A stretch of DNA of 64,000 nt from Pseudomonas phage BRkr. The translations under genes were made by a program, and so were the position numbers. Shown one piece after another: positions 9,434 through 17,980 of this stretch (position 1 is the first letter of the stretch; every line of letters starts with the position of its first letter). The notes under the pieces are model-generated. The model saw only the letters and a program-made list of their open reading frames with translations. It ran no database searches and had not been told where the DNA came from. Location of the stretch: sequence record LC765218.1. One strand, given 5' to 3'.

Positions 9434-9771
9434 ACGCTATCGAACAAGTAAACGCTGTTGAACATGATGAGTACGTCGATCTGGTTTTCCCGTACATGAT
9501 CGAAGATTTGGCTAACGCTGTCGATGGTGTTAACATCGCTGCATTGGAAGGTTTGGATTATCACATCGATAAGGCCCGCCAATACAAGGAAGAATGGGAG
9601 CAGGCTGGTCTGAGTTTCAACCGTGCCTCTCTGATCTACCTTCTCACCTTCATGCGTGTATTCATTCAGGATACCCCGAAGCACGAATCCTGTCAGTGGG
9701 TCATCAACAACTACAAGACTTATCTGCCGTTCTTGGAACGCGGTGAAGCCATCCATATTTTGGAGGAGTGA
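9430..9771 (+). CDS. Hypothetical protein, 113 aa.
   Basis: AAGGAAATGAAGT-ATG ribosome-binding site. Confidence 0.55.
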   Translation: MNAIEQVNAVEHDEYVDLVFPYMIEDLANAVDGVNIAALEGLDYHIDKARQYKEEWEQAGLSFNRASLIYLLTFMRVFIQDTPKHESCQWVINNYKTYLPFLERGEAIHILEE

Positions 9772-9773
9772 AT

Positions 9774-10334
9774 ATGAAAGGACAAATGCATTTCGCCCAG
9801 GCAGTTTTTGCCGATCAGGTTGTTTTCTTCGGTCGTAAGGATTGCGGTTTCAATACCCATGTCGTTCGCTTCCATGAAAATAACGACAACACTTACCATC
9901 CCCCGCAGGAAGAACGCAAACAGAAAATCAAGTGTATCATCATTGGTGGTGAAGATACTCTGGTTCGTCGTATTCGTGATCTGCTTTGGGATGATGATGT
10001 TGGCCGGTTTTACGATAGCTTTACTTCCGGCCATCTGAGTGAGATCCGCGCGTTGATCCAAGAAACCCATCACGATAACGGCGCTCAAGGTAACTGTCTG
10101 TTCATTAATGAACATCATCACGTTTATGATGTGTTCTGCGGTTATACCTATAATACTTCGATTCCGTTGACGCAGTGGTATCCGGACACTGCTATTGCGA
10201 AATCGTTGTATCATGGGATGGAAACCGGAGAATTGAAGACCGTCAAACTGTCGGGCTATGTGCTTGCAATGGAGCGTGTCGGTTTGCTCGCTGCGTGCGG
10301 GTATGATCGTTGGCGTGTAATTGACTTTGAGTGA
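9774..10334 (+). CDS. Hypothetical protein, 186 aa, His- and Cys-rich.
   Basis: Same frame as track ORF 9768..10334. GGAGGAGTGAAT-ATG ribosome-binding site. Confidence 0.55.
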   Translation: MKGQMHFAQAVFADQVVFFGRKDCGFNTHVVRFHENNDNTYHPPQEERKQKIKCIIIGGEDTLVRRIRDLLWDDDVGRFYDSFTSGHLSEIRALIQETHHDNGAQGNCLFINEHHHVYDVFCGYTYNTSIPLTQWYPDTAIAKSLYHGMETGELKTVKLSGYVLAMERVGLLAACGYDRWRVIDFE

Positions 10335-10339
10335 ATGAA

Positions 10340-10543
10340 ATGACTTATCGTGTTACTGTTCGTGCTAGTGAACGAATTGAAGCTTCAGCCTTGAAAGGGC
10401 GGACTTCTTATCTCTGTGCAGAAAAGGATGAACCCCTAACTCTGCTCGGTCAGATTCCTGGGACTGATCAATTTGTGGTCAGTGTTCAGGATCGTGCACG
10501 TCCTCTGGTATTCAAAGCCAGGGAACATGAACTGAAGTTCTAG
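10340..10543 (+). CDS. Hypothetical protein, 67 aa. A GTG start at 10331 is also possible.
   Basis: Short ORF filling the gap before the hairpin at 10549-10580. Confidence 0.35.
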   Translation: MTYRVTVRASERIEASALKGRTSYLCAEKDEPLTLLGQIPGTDQFVVSVQDRARPLVFKAREHELKF

Positions 10544-10548
10544 AAAAA

Positions 10549-10580
10549 GTAGACCTCTATTCTAACCGTTTAGAGGTCTA
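10549..10580 (+). terminator. Hairpin TAGACCTCTA…TAGAGGTCTA with a 10-bp stem. Its 3' arm overlaps a TCTATATTAC motif.
   Basis: Perfect inverted repeat after gene 10340..10543. Confidence 0.45.
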
Positions 10581-10585
10581 TATTA
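10576..10585 (+). promoter_or_regulatory. TCTATATTAC promoter-like motif 38 nt upstream of gene 10623. Overlaps the 3' arm of hairpin 10549-10580.
   Basis: An exact 10-mer shared by five sites. Confidence 0.4.
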
Positions 10586-10622
10586 CTTTTATGCCGTTAA
10601 GCTTAACCAAAAGGAAAATGCA

Positions 10623-11450
10623 ATGAACTTCAATGAAAGTGTCACAGCTGTCATGAACATTTACGTTGATGATCGTGAAAATAAATATGCGAAATATGTA
10701 GCGCGAGCTGCGCGTGAGGAAATTAAGTCATTCAATCTGAGTGAACTCACCAAGAACCATCGGATGCGTATTTCCGATAACGTGGAACCACATCTTCTTC
10801 GTTTTCATTTGCCGGGAGAACAAACGCAAAAGCTTTACCCGTATCATCAACTGATGCGTCGTCTGGCATATATCGAAGATTTCACCCTTAATGGCGACGT
10901 TAAGGTGGATGTAAAAATCGCACGTAATGTGTATCGTCCACCACACGTCGTAAACTTCACTGAAGGATTCTGGTTCGGTCCTGAAGTTCAGTCGTACAAA
11001 ATTTACAAGAATGCCCGAGGGAGAAAGGCTGAGTTCCGTCCCGGTTACGACGATTTGATCGAAGAAATCTATGTCGTCGGTGAAGGATCCTGGGCACAGA
11101 AATGTGCAGGTGAGCTTCGTCGTATTTCCCGTGAAGGTGGTAAAGAATACCGGTTCCCTATTGAGAAAATTAAAAAGCAGCAATGGCGTTATAAGTTCCT
11201 CCGCGGACAATGCTTTATCATCTTCAAGTGTTATACTGGTCTATTCATTGTGACCTATGAGCAACCTTTGTATCAACGTCACATTGGCGATGAAGAAAGG
11301 AAGAACCACGGTTACATGATCGGTGGGGAATATATTCCCGCACTCACTGAAAACATGCTTTCGATGGCCAACCATGAGATTATCGAGAAGCATCCGATCC
11401 AAAATACATACACTCGTGGAAACTTCAGCTACGTGAGGGAAAAGAAATGA
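10623..11450 (+). CDS. Hypothetical protein, 275 aa. Translationally coupled to the AAA+ ATPase gene downstream.
   Basis: AAAAGGAAA-ATGCA-ATG ribosome-binding site. A TCTATATTAC motif lies 38 nt upstream. Its stop overlaps the next start (ATGA). Confidence 0.6.
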   Translation: MNFNESVTAVMNIYVDDRENKYAKYVARAAREEIKSFNLSELTKNHRMRISDNVEPHLLRFHLPGEQTQKLYPYHQLMRRLAYIEDFTLNGDVKVDVKIARNVYRPPHVVNFTEGFWFGPEVQSYKIYKNARGRKAEFRPGYDDLIEEIYVVGEGSWAQKCAGELRRISREGGKEYRFPIEKIKKQQWRYKFLRGQCFIIFKCYTGLFIVTYEQPLYQRHIGDEERKNHGYMIGGEYIPALTENMLSMANHEIIEKHPIQNTYTRGNFSYVREKK

Positions 11451-12961
11451 TTCAGGAGTTTATGTCCTGGTACAAAGAGATCATGTCGATCAATCCGACA
11501 TTCGCATCTTTAGTCGGTGTTGGTTTGGGTGGCTGGGTGCTTATGATGGCGCGAAGTTTACCTAAGAAAATGTTCAACGCAATTCGGAATCAGGTTGTCA
11601 CATCCCTGATAATGAACAATGGTGGACATGGCCCTAATGAAGAACAGTGTATCGCCTTCATGAAGTGGTTCAAACAACAACCTATTGCCAGGTTCAGTCG
11701 GAAGCTATCGTTGAACTCTATGTGGAATGGTAGTCCCTCTCCTAGCACTGATATCGGTGCTGGTTTTGGTACCCATTTCTTCTTCTACAAAGGGCGCTTC
11801 TTCTGGTTCAATCGCTCTAAGCTGGATAGCTCTGGTACTCATATGGAAAAATTCCAGATTGAGATCCACGGCTTGACTAGGAACACTCAACTACTGTTAG
11901 ATCTTGTAGAGGAATTCCGTGTTAAGGGAGATGATAAAGAAGTCTGCGTCATTCCATGGGAAGGCTTGCGTTGGGGTGATTCTATCCCGATTACTAAACG
12001 CGCGCTGAACACAGTTATCATGAACCGCAAACAAAAAGCGGAGATCATTGGTAAGATTGAAGAGTTCTTCTCTGGACGGGAGTGGTATGAGTCCCGTGGC
12101 ATGCCGTACAAAATGTGCGCTATGCTTTCAGGTCCCCCTGGCACTGGTAAGACATCTATCGGTAAGGCAATCGCTTCGGCGTTTAATAAGAATATTTATT
12201 GGTTGTCTTTAGCCAGTATCTCAGATGAACTGCTTCGTAAAGCTGTTACGTCTATGCCTTCTGGTAGTGTTCTGATGATCGAGGACTTCGATACCAATAA
12301 GGCAGTCCAGAATCGTTCGCTTAAGAAACTGACAGCTGGCGAGGAAGATGAGTTGGATAGCCTTATCACTCAGATGGGGTTGACTAACTATCGAGTGATA
12401 GATAATGGCGGCGGACCCATGTGTATATGGGATATACCCGGTGAAGATTTCAGTGTTGGGTATCAGCAACACAACCCAACTGAATCGCGTCAATACCGAG
12501 ATGTCATTGGAAACAGCTTTGATGCACCGGTGCCGGAAGAACCCCTTTCTAAATACATTGCCGATGACCCAATTATGCTTCGCATATGGGAACTTCATAA
12601 CCGTCGTGCGAATGGAGGTGAAGAAGATACTCGCATGGGTGGCCTAACACTCTCTGGCCTGTTGAATGCCCTTGATGGGGTTGTTCCGTTGGATGGATCG
12701 CTGATTCTTCTAACTACCAACCATCCAGAGCACCTTGATCCAGCATTGGTTCGTAAGGGCCGTGTTGATCATCAATGGGAGATCGGTCTGCTGGAGGATG
12801 CAGAAGTTCGTGATTATATCGAGCTGATGTTCCCGTCTACTCAAGTGGATAAAGGCATTGTGTTCCGTTCAATTGCCGGTTGTGATCTGCAAGCTCTGTT
12901 TGCAGAAAACCGCAATGACGTTAAAGCCTTCATCGAGTCTATCCCGAAAGATATCGTTTGA
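11447..12961 (+). CDS. BCS1-like AAA+ ATPase, 504 aa.
   Basis: Walker A GPPGTGKTS. Walker B-like VLMIEDFD. The LSGLLNALDGV motif characteristic of the BCS1 family. Sensor and arginine region LLTTNHPEHLDPALVRKGRVD. A BCS1_N-like hydrophobic N-terminus. A roughly 100-aa insertion between Walker B and sensor 1. Confidence 0.75.
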   Translation: MIQEFMSWYKEIMSINPTFASLVGVGLGGWVLMMARSLPKKMFNAIRNQVVTSLIMNNGGHGPNEEQCIAFMKWFKQQPIARFSRKLSLNSMWNGSPSPSTDIGAGFGTHFFFYKGRFFWFNRSKLDSSGTHMEKFQIEIHGLTRNTQLLLDLVEEFRVKGDDKEVCVIPWEGLRWGDSIPITKRALNTVIMNRKQKAEIIGKIEEFFSGREWYESRGMPYKMCAMLSGPPGTGKTSIGKAIASAFNKNIYWLSLASISDELLRKAVTSMPSGSVLMIEDFDTNKAVQNRSLKKLTAGEEDELDSLITQMGLTNYRVIDNGGGPMCIWDIPGEDFSVGYQQHNPTESRQYRDVIGNSFDAPVPEEPLSKYIADDPIMLRIWELHNRRANGGEEDTRMGGLTLSGLLNALDGVVPLDGSLILLTTNHPEHLDPALVRKGRVDHQWEIGLLEDAEVRDYIELMFPSTQVDKGIVFRSIAGCDLQALFAENRNDVKAFIESIPKDIV

Positions 12962-13036
12962 CGATATATTGCGGTGGGGAAAACCCACCGCTTTTCTCAA
13001 TTAAATAGAAAATACAAATTCTAAGAGGAGTACCTG

Positions 13037-13726
13037 ATGTACACTAATGATTCCAAGACCGCAGCGTACGAGAATACTCGCCACCTGATCATGAAATACA
13101 TGGCCGACTTCACCAATACCTCAACCCCACCTAAAGTTAAAAAGGGTTGGTATGCTTTGGTCACCCGCGATACTGGGGACGTATGGCTTGCGGAGTCTCC
13201 GTCATTTTCTGCTGTAATGCAACGCTTCCGTTCTGGAAGTATGGCAAACATGCCGGTTGCTATTGATGAAGCAGTAAAGGCTGGTCAAAAACTGGATCTT
13301 TGGTTCTGTACTAAACCGGAGATCAATGTGGAACAACTGCGAGAAGAGTTGGATCAAAGGGATCAACTTCTGCAACGAACTGCGCCACGTAAATCTTCCA
13401 ATGGTAGGGTGTTCGTCATCCGCCATGATAAGTCGGCGGATTATTTCCTGACGAAAACCCGTAATAATAATACCACGGAATATGAAGTACTGACCAAGTT
13501 CATGTACTACATTGGTAAGATCGAACACTCTCACCATTTCCGTTCGAACAAGCTTCTTCAGAGCTTCGTTACTGAACAAGCTGAAGATATCCTGAAATGT
13601 CGGGGTTTCACTATCACCGAGGTAGCTGAGTTCAAGTCGATTGATGAAGCAATCGAGATCATGGAAAACTTCACCATCGATTCCCCTATGGGTCGATGCT
13701 TGAATCAAAGCTTCACTCGTCATTAA
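13037..13726 (+). CDS. Hypothetical protein, 229 aa.
   Basis: AAGAGGAGTACCTG-ATG ribosome-binding site. Hairpin terminator at 13735-13782 follows. Confidence 0.6.
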   Translation: MYTNDSKTAAYENTRHLIMKYMADFTNTSTPPKVKKGWYALVTRDTGDVWLAESPSFSAVMQRFRSGSMANMPVAIDEAVKAGQKLDLWFCTKPEINVEQLREELDQRDQLLQRTAPRKSSNGRVFVIRHDKSADYFLTKTRNNNTTEYEVLTKFMYYIGKIEHSHHFRSNKLLQSFVTEQAEDILKCRGFTITEVAEFKSIDEAIEIMENFTIDSPMGRCLNQSFTRH

Positions 13727-13734
13727 AATGTACT

Positions 13735-13782
13735 GAGGCTACATAATCTAGTGAGTGCTTATGTAGCCTCTAATCTCTTTTA
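13735..13782 (+). terminator. Long hairpin GAGGCTACATAA…TTATGTAGCCTC followed by TAATCTCTTTT.
   Basis: 12-bp perfect stem after gene 13037..13726. Confidence 0.5.
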
Positions 13783-13803
13783 AGAATTAATAGGAATAGC
13801 TCC

Positions 13804-14505
13804 ATGTCGACAAAGATCATCAATCTTCCCTTCGTACAACTGGTCCTGAAACGCATCAGTGATTATACGTTGAATCATCAGTCTGGTTTGGATGATGTAC
13901 CGCATCTGTGCGTAAAGGTAAAACATAACAACGGTTATGCCTGGTTTGGCGTTAACATTCTCAACCACGAAACTCGGGCATGGTCCAGTTTCGAGGTCGA
14001 TGAAATGAAAGCTCGTTTCCTCGAAGCAATCAACAAACTGTGCGATGTAATCGAGATCGTTACAGATGTATCACGACTGATGGAATCTATCCAAGATGTT
14101 GTAACTGGTCGTAAGCGTCCCACCTTCTTTGGTGGTCATGGAAACGACATGATCCAAATGCACACGATCAATAACGTGCAGTTGGATGTATATCGCGAAG
14201 ACATCAATTCAGACACCATGTCTTACGGAGGCTTTGCAGCTGAAGTTCGAATCAATGGTCAGGACTATCCTCTGTTCCTGTATCATCGTGGCGTTATTCT
14301 CTATCACTACATCAATGAGGTAGATGCCAAACGACTGATCGTAGATTCGTTGACCAACAACTTTGGTGAATTGTTTGAGAATTATGAAGTTGATGAACAA
14401 CATGTAAATGTATTCCGTGTAGTTGAACGCACGCGGAATAAAAATCGTAATGAGGCGGACAGTAGAACCATCCGTTCTCTGACCGATAGCCGACGGAGCG
14501 CATAA
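13804..14505 (+). CDS. Hypothetical protein, 233 aa.
   Basis: Long ORF. Start 20 nt after the hairpin tail. Confidence 0.6.
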   Translation: MSTKIINLPFVQLVLKRISDYTLNHQSGLDDVPHLCVKVKHNNGYAWFGVNILNHETRAWSSFEVDEMKARFLEAINKLCDVIEIVTDVSRLMESIQDVVTGRKRPTFFGGHGNDMIQMHTINNVQLDVYREDINSDTMSYGGFAAEVRINGQDYPLFLYHRGVILYHYINEVDAKRLIVDSLTNNFGELFENYEVDEQHVNVFRVVERTRNKNRNEADSRTIRSLTDSRRSA

Positions 14506-14927
14506 TGGCTTCTCAACTCATTGTTGTCGATCTCACTAAAGGTGGGCAAAAAGTCGACTTCAGTGAGTTGACTAGAGAGCCCACTGATAGTCTAATGTTC
14601 TATGTTGGAGAGGAACATGAGGCGGCCCATCTACATCAATTCTCCTATAACCCAGAATTCAGTAACTGGCAGAAACTAGAGTTCTGTATTTTCTGGGATC
14701 GTCAACATCGTCCTACAGCGGAAGATCCTCGTGTTGAAACTGACACTGAGTTATACATCCGTAAATTATGTAGACAATACGAAGTTGCCATCGATGGGTA
14801 CATGTTAGGTGTTAAGCACTTTGGACAACGTACTATCGTTGAGTTCAAAATGAAGGAAGAGATAGCTACTCCTCTAACTTTAGATTGGACAAAGGTCGAA
14901 CCTCCACCTAGGGAGGTAATCGTTTAG
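14505..14927 (+). CDS. Hypothetical protein, 140 aa.
   Basis: Start overlaps the upstream stop (TAATG). Confidence 0.55.
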   Translation: MASQLIVVDLTKGGQKVDFSELTREPTDSLMFYVGEEHEAAHLHQFSYNPEFSNWQKLEFCIFWDRQHRPTAEDPRVETDTELYIRKLCRQYEVAIDGYMLGVKHFGQRTIVEFKMKEEIATPLTLDWTKVEPPPREVIV

Positions 14928-15098
14928 TTAAAGGTTACGCACTATCATATGCGTTTCCTGATCCTTTACGATAGCTCTTTTACAATTTGGTTAAGCTGGG
15001 CTGAAATCCAGCGATCGACACGATGGGTTAGAGTCCCATCACCTTTAGGGGTCTTCCATCGGCTGATCCCTGTGACTAGTGTCACAACCAACCTTGAG

Positions 15099-15133
15099 CT
15101 CCCTCCCCTTGATCGGGGGAGGGGTTTATTTTG
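15099..15133 (+). terminator. Canonical rho-independent terminator CCCTCCCC-TTGATC-GGGGAGGGG followed by TTTATTTTG.
   Basis: GC-rich 8-9-bp stem plus a T-tract. Confidence 0.65.
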
Positions 15134-15157
15134 TCTCTCGTCAATAGGAACCTTCAA

Positions 15158-15625
15158 ATGGCAGTAACTCTTAAATTCCCTTTTATGCCGTCTCTTGAGC
15201 CAGCTGAGCTTACGGCTGTCATTCGCGATATCTATCTTGATCAATGCGCGGAGAAAGGCACGACTCCTCATCCCGAAGCATTTGAGCATCAGCCGGTTGT
15301 CCATGTAACGAATATGGTACATGGCGAGGGAGAAGATGTTCACTGGGCAGAAGATAGCGATAGTGAGAATCTACATATCTGCTTTACCTGCCCGCTGACT
15401 GGCGCACTTGCTAAGGTCGTCCAGCCTCTCAATTACACTGCCCCTATGAACAAGGTGTGTGTACGTCTCTGGATTGAGCATATGCTGCTCACCATGTTGG
15501 AACTTTTGCTGTTTACTCAAATGCAAGAACAAATTACAATAATGTCCAATGCAGCAAGCGAACGACGTACTATCATAACCAAATCCATCCATGCAAAGAA
15601 GGAGCAACTCGATGCAGCTCAGTGA
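15158..15625 (+). CDS. Hypothetical protein, 155 aa. Start reset downstream of the terminator at 15099-15133.
   Basis: Same frame as track ORF 15131..15625. AGGAACCTTCAA-ATG ribosome-binding site. Confidence 0.5.
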   Translation: MAVTLKFPFMPSLEPAELTAVIRDIYLDQCAEKGTTPHPEAFEHQPVVHVTNMVHGEGEDVHWAEDSDSENLHICFTCPLTGALAKVVQPLNYTAPMNKVCVRLWIEHMLLTMLELLLFTQMQEQITIMSNAASERRTIITKSIHAKKEQLDAAQ

Positions 15626-16142
15626 TCTACGTATCCCCACTGAGATCATTCCTATTGGTCTGTGCTGTCTTTGGGCGCGCGAACAATACGTTGATCCAAA
15701 TGGCAATTATCTATTCACTACCAAAGAGGTTATTAGAGGTATCCATCTGGATAAGATGGTGGAAGAGTTTAATAAAGCTATGCGTGAACATTTCTATCAT
15801 AGCAACCACATCGAGATCACTCTCCATGGTATCGAAATCAAAGATAACAAAGTCCATTACTTTCATCAAGAACCTGCTGTTGAGTTCTATGATAAAGTGA
15901 AAGCACAGTATTGCAACGTTGAGCTGGCTCGTTATGATGCTGACGTAATGGACAAAGACCTGTTCTTTGATATGGTGTCGAAAGAAATCGCTGACCTGAG
16001 TAAGATGATCATGCAGCATATCTACTTTAAGTTTGACCGAGTACAAGCGGAGACCTGGTCTCGTTACCTGCTAGCACGTGGATCTAATAAAAGAAACGGG
16101 GCTGGTCTTGAGTCAGTTGACGTAGAAGTTAAACTCTCGTAA
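15612..16142 (+). CDS. Hypothetical protein, 176 aa.
   Basis: Same frame as track ORF 15591..16142. AAGGAGCAACTCG-ATG ribosome-binding site. Confidence 0.5.
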   Translation: MQLSDLRIPTEIIPIGLCCLWAREQYVDPNGNYLFTTKEVIRGIHLDKMVEEFNKAMREHFYHSNHIEITLHGIEIKDNKVHYFHQEPAVEFYDKVKAQYCNVELARYDADVMDKDLFFDMVSKEIADLSKMIMQHIYFKFDRVQAETWSRYLLARGSNKRNGAGLESVDVEVKLS

Positions 16143-16538
16143 AAGAATACTTGAGTTGTAATGATATACGAGGACTAATGTCCCAACAGAACAGAGGTCA
16201 CCCGGATCATCTCCCCTAAGGCTCCCCGTCGCCATATTAGGGTGCCGCAGTGACCTCACCTTATTCCCACTAGCTTTCGGTGTAAGTGGGCTCTCTCCGC
16301 ATAAGATCGGAGAGACTAACAGCGATCCATGCCAAAGGATCAAGCCGAAGCAGGTATATTGACTTGGCCGTCTTTATATCTGAAGTTACGACGGTTACTA
16401 CCTCCAGTTGAGAGGGGTATCCCCGAGTGGCGTTACCTAACCAGATGGGTGCCGACCCGTAATCGGTGCCTTAGCTGGCCAGCTTTCTGGTAAGGTAATC
16501 TAACGAATAGCCCGCTCCGTTGAGGAGCGGGTTTTATT
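16143..16538 (+). ncRNA. Candidate structured noncoding RNA locus of about 400 nt. It is ORF-free and locally GC-rich, and ends in a canonical intrinsic terminator.
   Basis: No plus-strand ORF of 60 aa or more between 16143 and 16571. Inverted repeats GAGGTCAC...GTGACCTC and CTCTCTCCG-CATAAGAT-CGGAGAGAC. A GCCCGCTCC-GTTGA-GGAGCGGGT stem plus TTTTATT at 16510-16538. Confidence 0.35.
16510..16538 (+). terminator. Canonical rho-independent terminator GCCCGCTCC-GTTGA-GGAGCGGGT followed by TTTATTCC. Ends the structured noncoding locus.
   Basis: 9-bp GC stem plus a T-tract. Confidence 0.65.
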
Positions 16539-16571
16539 CCGTCTCAGCTTGTAAACAGGAGAATATAAAGA

Positions 16572-17249
16572 ATGACTATTGTCATATGGGATGGTAAGGA
16601 TCTTTTGGTTGATCGAGTTACTACGATCACCCAGAGCGATATCACTGGAGAGGATGGTACACCACAACCATACTACGTGGAACTGGACAAGTCCAAGATC
16701 TATCTTGCTTCTGAGAACAAATGGGAAGCTAAAGTCTGGGGTCGAGCTATAAAAGCATTTACAATGGTTGGTGATACGGAACATCGTCATTGCTGGCTGA
16801 ATTTCTTGGAGACAGGAGATGATGTACATAGTCTAGCAGAGACCGCAAAGAATTTCCAACACCTGCTTACGCCTAATGCCGAATACATCCTCATCGATGA
16901 AGATAATGTTCTTCATGTGTTCGAATCAACCCATGACATGTTTAGGAGCAATTATTATTCCACGCCTGCACGTAAACCAATCATCTTTGGATGCGCTGTA
17001 GCAGTTGAACTGCTGAATAATGTATTCACTTCATCTGAGAACAAACTGAGTCCGTTGGAATGTATGGTTCTAGCGCAAGCGCATTATCCCGTTTTGGGTA
17101 GGCGGTTTGACCACTGGAATGCTGAATCTAATATACTCACACGTGACAACGACCTTAGTGATCGTGCACGTCATTGGGTTGCTAGTCGTGCGGTGAAAAA
17201 GATTTCGGTTAACTCTAAACCACGCCCAGTTAATATCGTAAATAGGTAA
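16572..17249 (+). CDS. Hypothetical protein, 225 aa.
   Basis: AACAGGAGAATATAAAGA-ATG ribosome-binding site. Confidence 0.6.
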   Translation: MTIVIWDGKDLLVDRVTTITQSDITGEDGTPQPYYVELDKSKIYLASENKWEAKVWGRAIKAFTMVGDTEHRHCWLNFLETGDDVHSLAETAKNFQHLLTPNAEYILIDEDNVLHVFESTHDMFRSNYYSTPARKPIIFGCAVAVELLNNVFTSSENKLSPLECMVLAQAHYPVLGRRFDHWNAESNILTRDNDLSDRARHWVASRAVKKISVNSKPRPVNIVNR

Positions 17250-17254
17250 ATATA

Positions 17255-17383
17255 ATGCGCAACCTCCCTGAAGAACGGCTTAAACGTCGTCAACGTGATA
17301 TGCGTAAAGATAAGCTACAACGTGGATTGATGTGGTCGTTCATCAGTGTCGTTGTCGTTGTATCTATTATCCAACTCTTTTAA
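17255..17383 (+). CDS. Small hypothetical membrane protein, 42 aa (…LMWSFISVVVVVSIIQLF).
   Basis: Below the ORF-track size threshold. AATAGGTAAATATA-ATG ribosome-binding site. One predicted transmembrane helix. Fills the gap between adjacent genes. Confidence 0.35.
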   Translation: MRNLPEERLKRRQRDMRKDKLQRGLMWSFISVVVVVSIIQLF

Positions 17384-17390
17384 AAGGTAA

Positions 17391-17930
17391 TTGAAAATGT
17401 CCCAACATGAAATCGCTATTGCAAAAGAACTCTTCACCTTCAAAACTTTCGTTGAACGTATGGTCCACGCCGCAAAGCTTCTTGGTATGACCTGGCAGGT
17501 TAAAAGACGTAATGCTACCGGTGATATCGTTCACACTGAAGTAACTGGTAACGAAGGTGGTCTTGCTATCGTAGCTGACCATGAAATCGCAATACCGATC
17601 TACGGCGAACAACTCCTTCTAAATGAAGGTGAAACGCCATGGCTGATCGATGAAAAAGATCCTGCATTCATTGAGGTCAATCGCATACTGACTGAATACA
17701 ACCGTGTCATCACTGCGCCGCTGTATAAGTCGATGCGGGATATCCTCCCATTCTCCAAGCTTCTTGTTGATCGTTTTCCAATCTACAATGACCATCCCCA
17801 ATTTGCTACTTACCTGGCGGTAAATCCTCTCAATGAGACCGACGGTTATCGTATCAATAAAGATGGTAAATTCGCTTGGTGGACTGGTAGCGGTAAACAT
17901 CGTATTTACGATGTGATTGAATTCAATTAA
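17391..17930 (+). CDS. Hypothetical protein, 179 aa. Last gene of the plus-strand block.
   Basis: GGTAATTGAAA-ATG ribosome-binding site. Followed by a convergent hairpin terminator. Confidence 0.6.
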   Translation: MKMSQHEIAIAKELFTFKTFVERMVHAAKLLGMTWQVKRRNATGDIVHTEVTGNEGGLAIVADHEIAIPIYGEQLLLNEGETPWLIDEKDPAFIEVNRILTEYNRVITAPLYKSMRDILPFSKLLVDRFPIYNDHPQFATYLAVNPLNETDGYRINKDGKFAWWTGSGKHRIYDVIEFN

Positions 17931-17935
17931 CAGCA

Positions 17936-17980
17936 TAATGTCCTCTCCTTCGGGAGAGGACTTATGTCTTATTTTTTTTT
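17936..17980. terminator. Bidirectional convergent terminator CATAATGTCCTCTCC-TTCG-GGAGAGGACTTATG followed by T9. It lies between the plus-strand early block and the minus-strand block.
   Basis: UUCG-loop hairpin with a T9 tract. Separates convergent genes 17391..17930 and 17979..19139. Confidence 0.65.

Noticed and set aside
14990-15062. tRNA-like elements: a GCTGG-GCTGAAAT-CCAGC stem-loop followed by a GATGGG-TTAGAGT-CCCATC T-arm mimic.
   Set aside because: No acceptor-stem complementarity, no D-arm and no CCA context. It is probably a chance hairpin or a regulatory structure upstream of terminator 15099-15133.
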